The notes beneath the pieces were generated by a model. The model saw only the letters and a program-made list of their open reading frames with translations. It searched no databases and was not told where the DNA came from. Below, in pieces: positions 47,402 to 49,417 of a stretch of DNA of 49,417 bases; position 1 is the first letter of the stretch, and each line of letters starts with the position of its first letter. The DNA lies in NCBI GenBank assembly GCA_025603075.1, contig MU626404.1, forward strand, positions 1-49,417. Direction: 5' to 3'. The position numbers and the translations under genes are program-made. Source of the DNA: Neoconidiobolus thromboides FSU 785. Lineage: Eukaryota > Fungi > Entomophthoromycota.

Positions 47402-47835
47402 ATTTCATTATTAAGCTTTAAACTAATATTTCTTATCAAAAAATCCCAAAAATTCAAGCCCTTTTCACTATTGTTATATTTCAATCTCACTGGTATACTT
47501 TTAATGTTGTCTTTTGCATCAACATTAGCTTCTTTTGATTCTGATGCCTTACATTCTTTATTCTTTTTTGTTTTTTGCTCTGTACCTTTCGCTTTAAGGC
47601 TGGTATTAATAAAAATAGACTGAAGATTTTCCTTAATGGCGCCAGACATCAAATCTTTGGTATCAAAAATTTTAAATGGATGACTTAACGCTAATGCTTT
47701 ATCTACTTGATTTTCTGGTGGATATATTGATTTTGAATCAAAGTTTGGATGCTTTTTGATAGTTTGCAGGACATGTTTTAATAAACAATAGGTATTTGGG
47801 TTTTAAAAATATAAATAAACTAATATTGTTTATAT

Positions 47836-47932
47836 GGGGCTGTTTTTTTTAGTTCATTATTTTTCCATTTTTTAAGCGCTATTTATGTGGAAAAATTGTT
47901 AGTAAAATTCTTAAATACAAAAATACATCCCC
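47836..47932 (+). mobile_element. MITE copy 21, TSD ATAT/ATAT
   Basis: GGGGCTG...CATCCCC. Confidence 0.9.
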
Positions 47933-48633
47933 ATATAGTCTTTTTATTTAGCGTTTTATTCTAATATATTGTTTTTACAAATTGTCGATACTTTTTTAGT
48001 TATTTAATCATTTCAAATTTATGGATAAAAGATTACTCTCAAATAACATTAAGATATTTCTATAGCCTAACCTTATTATCGCTATTACTCACCTTCCCTC
48101 ACATTCAGAAGTTAACAACACCTAATAAAACAGGCTTAAAGTTAAAAGGGATCGTCTCTGAGCATTGTGGATCTAAGGGTGCTAAGCTGCTGTTGGGAAA
48201 AGGGTCAAAGGAAGCTTAGCTCTTAGTAGACTTTTCAATAAATTAAGTGGATATTTCAAATATTTGTAAAAAGGTTTATCAGCTGTTAATGAAACAAACA
48301 AAAATCGCTAGAGAAAAGATGATAATTATAAAGACACTAAGAGTATAAAGGCAGGTAAAGATATCGAAGATGGTAAAGATTAAATACAGTAAAGGGGCTG
48401 AATATATCATAAAGGGTAATAGAGCTAAAAGTAAAGCTAAGGAATCAATCCAAAGAAGTGTTGACAAAAAAGTCTTTATTGATAGTAAAAAAGATCCAAT
48501 GTAACCTGAAAGAACAGCTTACAATTATTCCTATAATGATGGTTTACTTCAGTAAATTTTATATAACTAGATATAATCACTAAGCTTAAGTTCAGCCAAT
48601 GCTATACACTGATCTCTGAAACATATCGAGTAT

Positions 48634-48732
48634 GGGGATGTATTTTTGTATTTAAGAATTTTACTAATAATCTTTCCACTCAAATAGCGCTCAAAAGATG
48701 GAAAAAATAACGAAGTCAAAAAAAACATCACC
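48634..48732 (-). mobile_element. MITE copy 22, flanks GTAT/ATAT
   Basis: GGGGATG...CATCACC. Confidence 0.88.
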
Positions 48733-48886
48733 ATATCCTTCAGCAGTAAACCTTAATTTTAACTTACTTTTATTTAGATTTATTTAAAATGTTTCTCCTA
48801 AAATTTCATTACTAATAATATCTACTATTTAAATATGAAAAGGTATAAAAAAGAAATCAATCTAAAGTAATCATTAAATTTTATTT

Positions 48887-49417
48887 TTAGCAAGTACCAC
48901 CAAGGCGAATATCCCAATAAGTAAGATGGTCATCAACACTCAGAAATGGTTCAGTAGAAAGTGAACAAGAAGGATCTTCAATTTGAGAAGTACTGCAAAT
49001 CTTAGCTTGATTATTATGTAGCCACATTTCAACAAAATAATGATTAAAGGACATAGAACGAGGTGGTACATGAGGTACAATATCCTTGTTATTAGTAACT
49101 CTTGTAGATAATAAACTCAATGAATCAAACCAAGTAGCAAAATCGGAATTTCCTACTCTTGGTTGTCCATAGGTGAATAATTGTATATTTCCCCATGAGA
49201 GTTGTTGAGATGCTTGAAGATCAATAGCAGCTAAATTTGCAATTGCACCGCCTAAAGAGTGACCAGTGACAACTAATTTAAAACCTGGATTGTTCTTTAA
49301 TAAATCTTTGACTACAGGTGTATAAACTAAACTAAGTGCATCCCTAGCTTGTTTAAAACCAAGATGAACTTGAACTTTACTATTACCAGAAAACAAATCC
49401 ACTTTATCTACTTTAAC
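48887..49417 (-). CDS. Class 3 lipase (alpha/beta hydrolase), 5' end beyond the window
   Basis: VHLGF lid-adjacent motif, VTGHSLGGAIA nucleophile elbow, TYGQPRVG, RVTNNKDIVPHVP, DHLTY catalytic His. The frame is open to the window edge. Confidence 0.93.
   Translation of the reverse strand, partial: VKVDKVDLFSGNSKVQVHLGFKQARDALSLVYTPVVKDLLKNNPGFKLVVTGHSLGGAIANLAAIDLQASQQLSWGNIQLFTYGQPRVGNSDFATWFDSLSLLSTRVTNNKDIVPHVPPRSMSFNHYFVEMWLHNNQAKICSTSQIEDPSCSLSTEPFLSVDDHLTYWDIRLGGTC

Noticed and set aside
895-48732. The 98-bp repeat as a CRISPR array, SINE or structured ncRNA
   Set aside because: Dispersed in both orientations with TIRs and TSDs; no regular spacers, no A/B boxes, no polyA tail; eukaryotic context.
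1-49417. tRNA or rRNA genes
   Set aside because: No cloverleaf, T-loop GTTCGA in a tRNA context, or rRNA-like segment seen by eye; tRNAscan-SE would confirm.

Overview
Very AT-rich eukaryotic DNA with short GT-AG introns and fungal-type genes. An early-diverging fungus such as Entomophthoromycotina is my inference, not something the sequence proves. The ORF track ignores introns, so several genes were rebuilt by hand. Positions 1-25 kb hold a 4-exon peptidase-inhibitor I9 gene missing from the track, COP9 subunit CSN1, a cytochrome P450, splicing factor SF3A3/PRP9, a mitochondrial-type half ABC transporter, arginase, a Zn2Cys6 transcription factor with a 13-nt microexon, and a DH-domain RhoGEF. 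Positions 27.2-41.3 kb hold the most unusual element: six intronless paralogous genes, each encoding only the two-HTH DNA-binding module of CENP-B/pogo transposases. They have a near-invariant GRSTV(T/S)xI helix, a shared 8-residue insertion, no DDE domain and unrelated low-complexity tails, so they look like a domesticated transcription-factor cluster. The right end has a small Cys-rich secreted protein, a RimJ/RimL-type GNAT and a class-3 lipase cut by the window edge. A ~98-bp MITE family occurs in 22 copies, with termini GRGGATG...CATCCYC and 4-bp target-site duplications; none was seen in the gene-dense 9.8-25.7 kb block. All family assignments come from motif recognition, without database searches.
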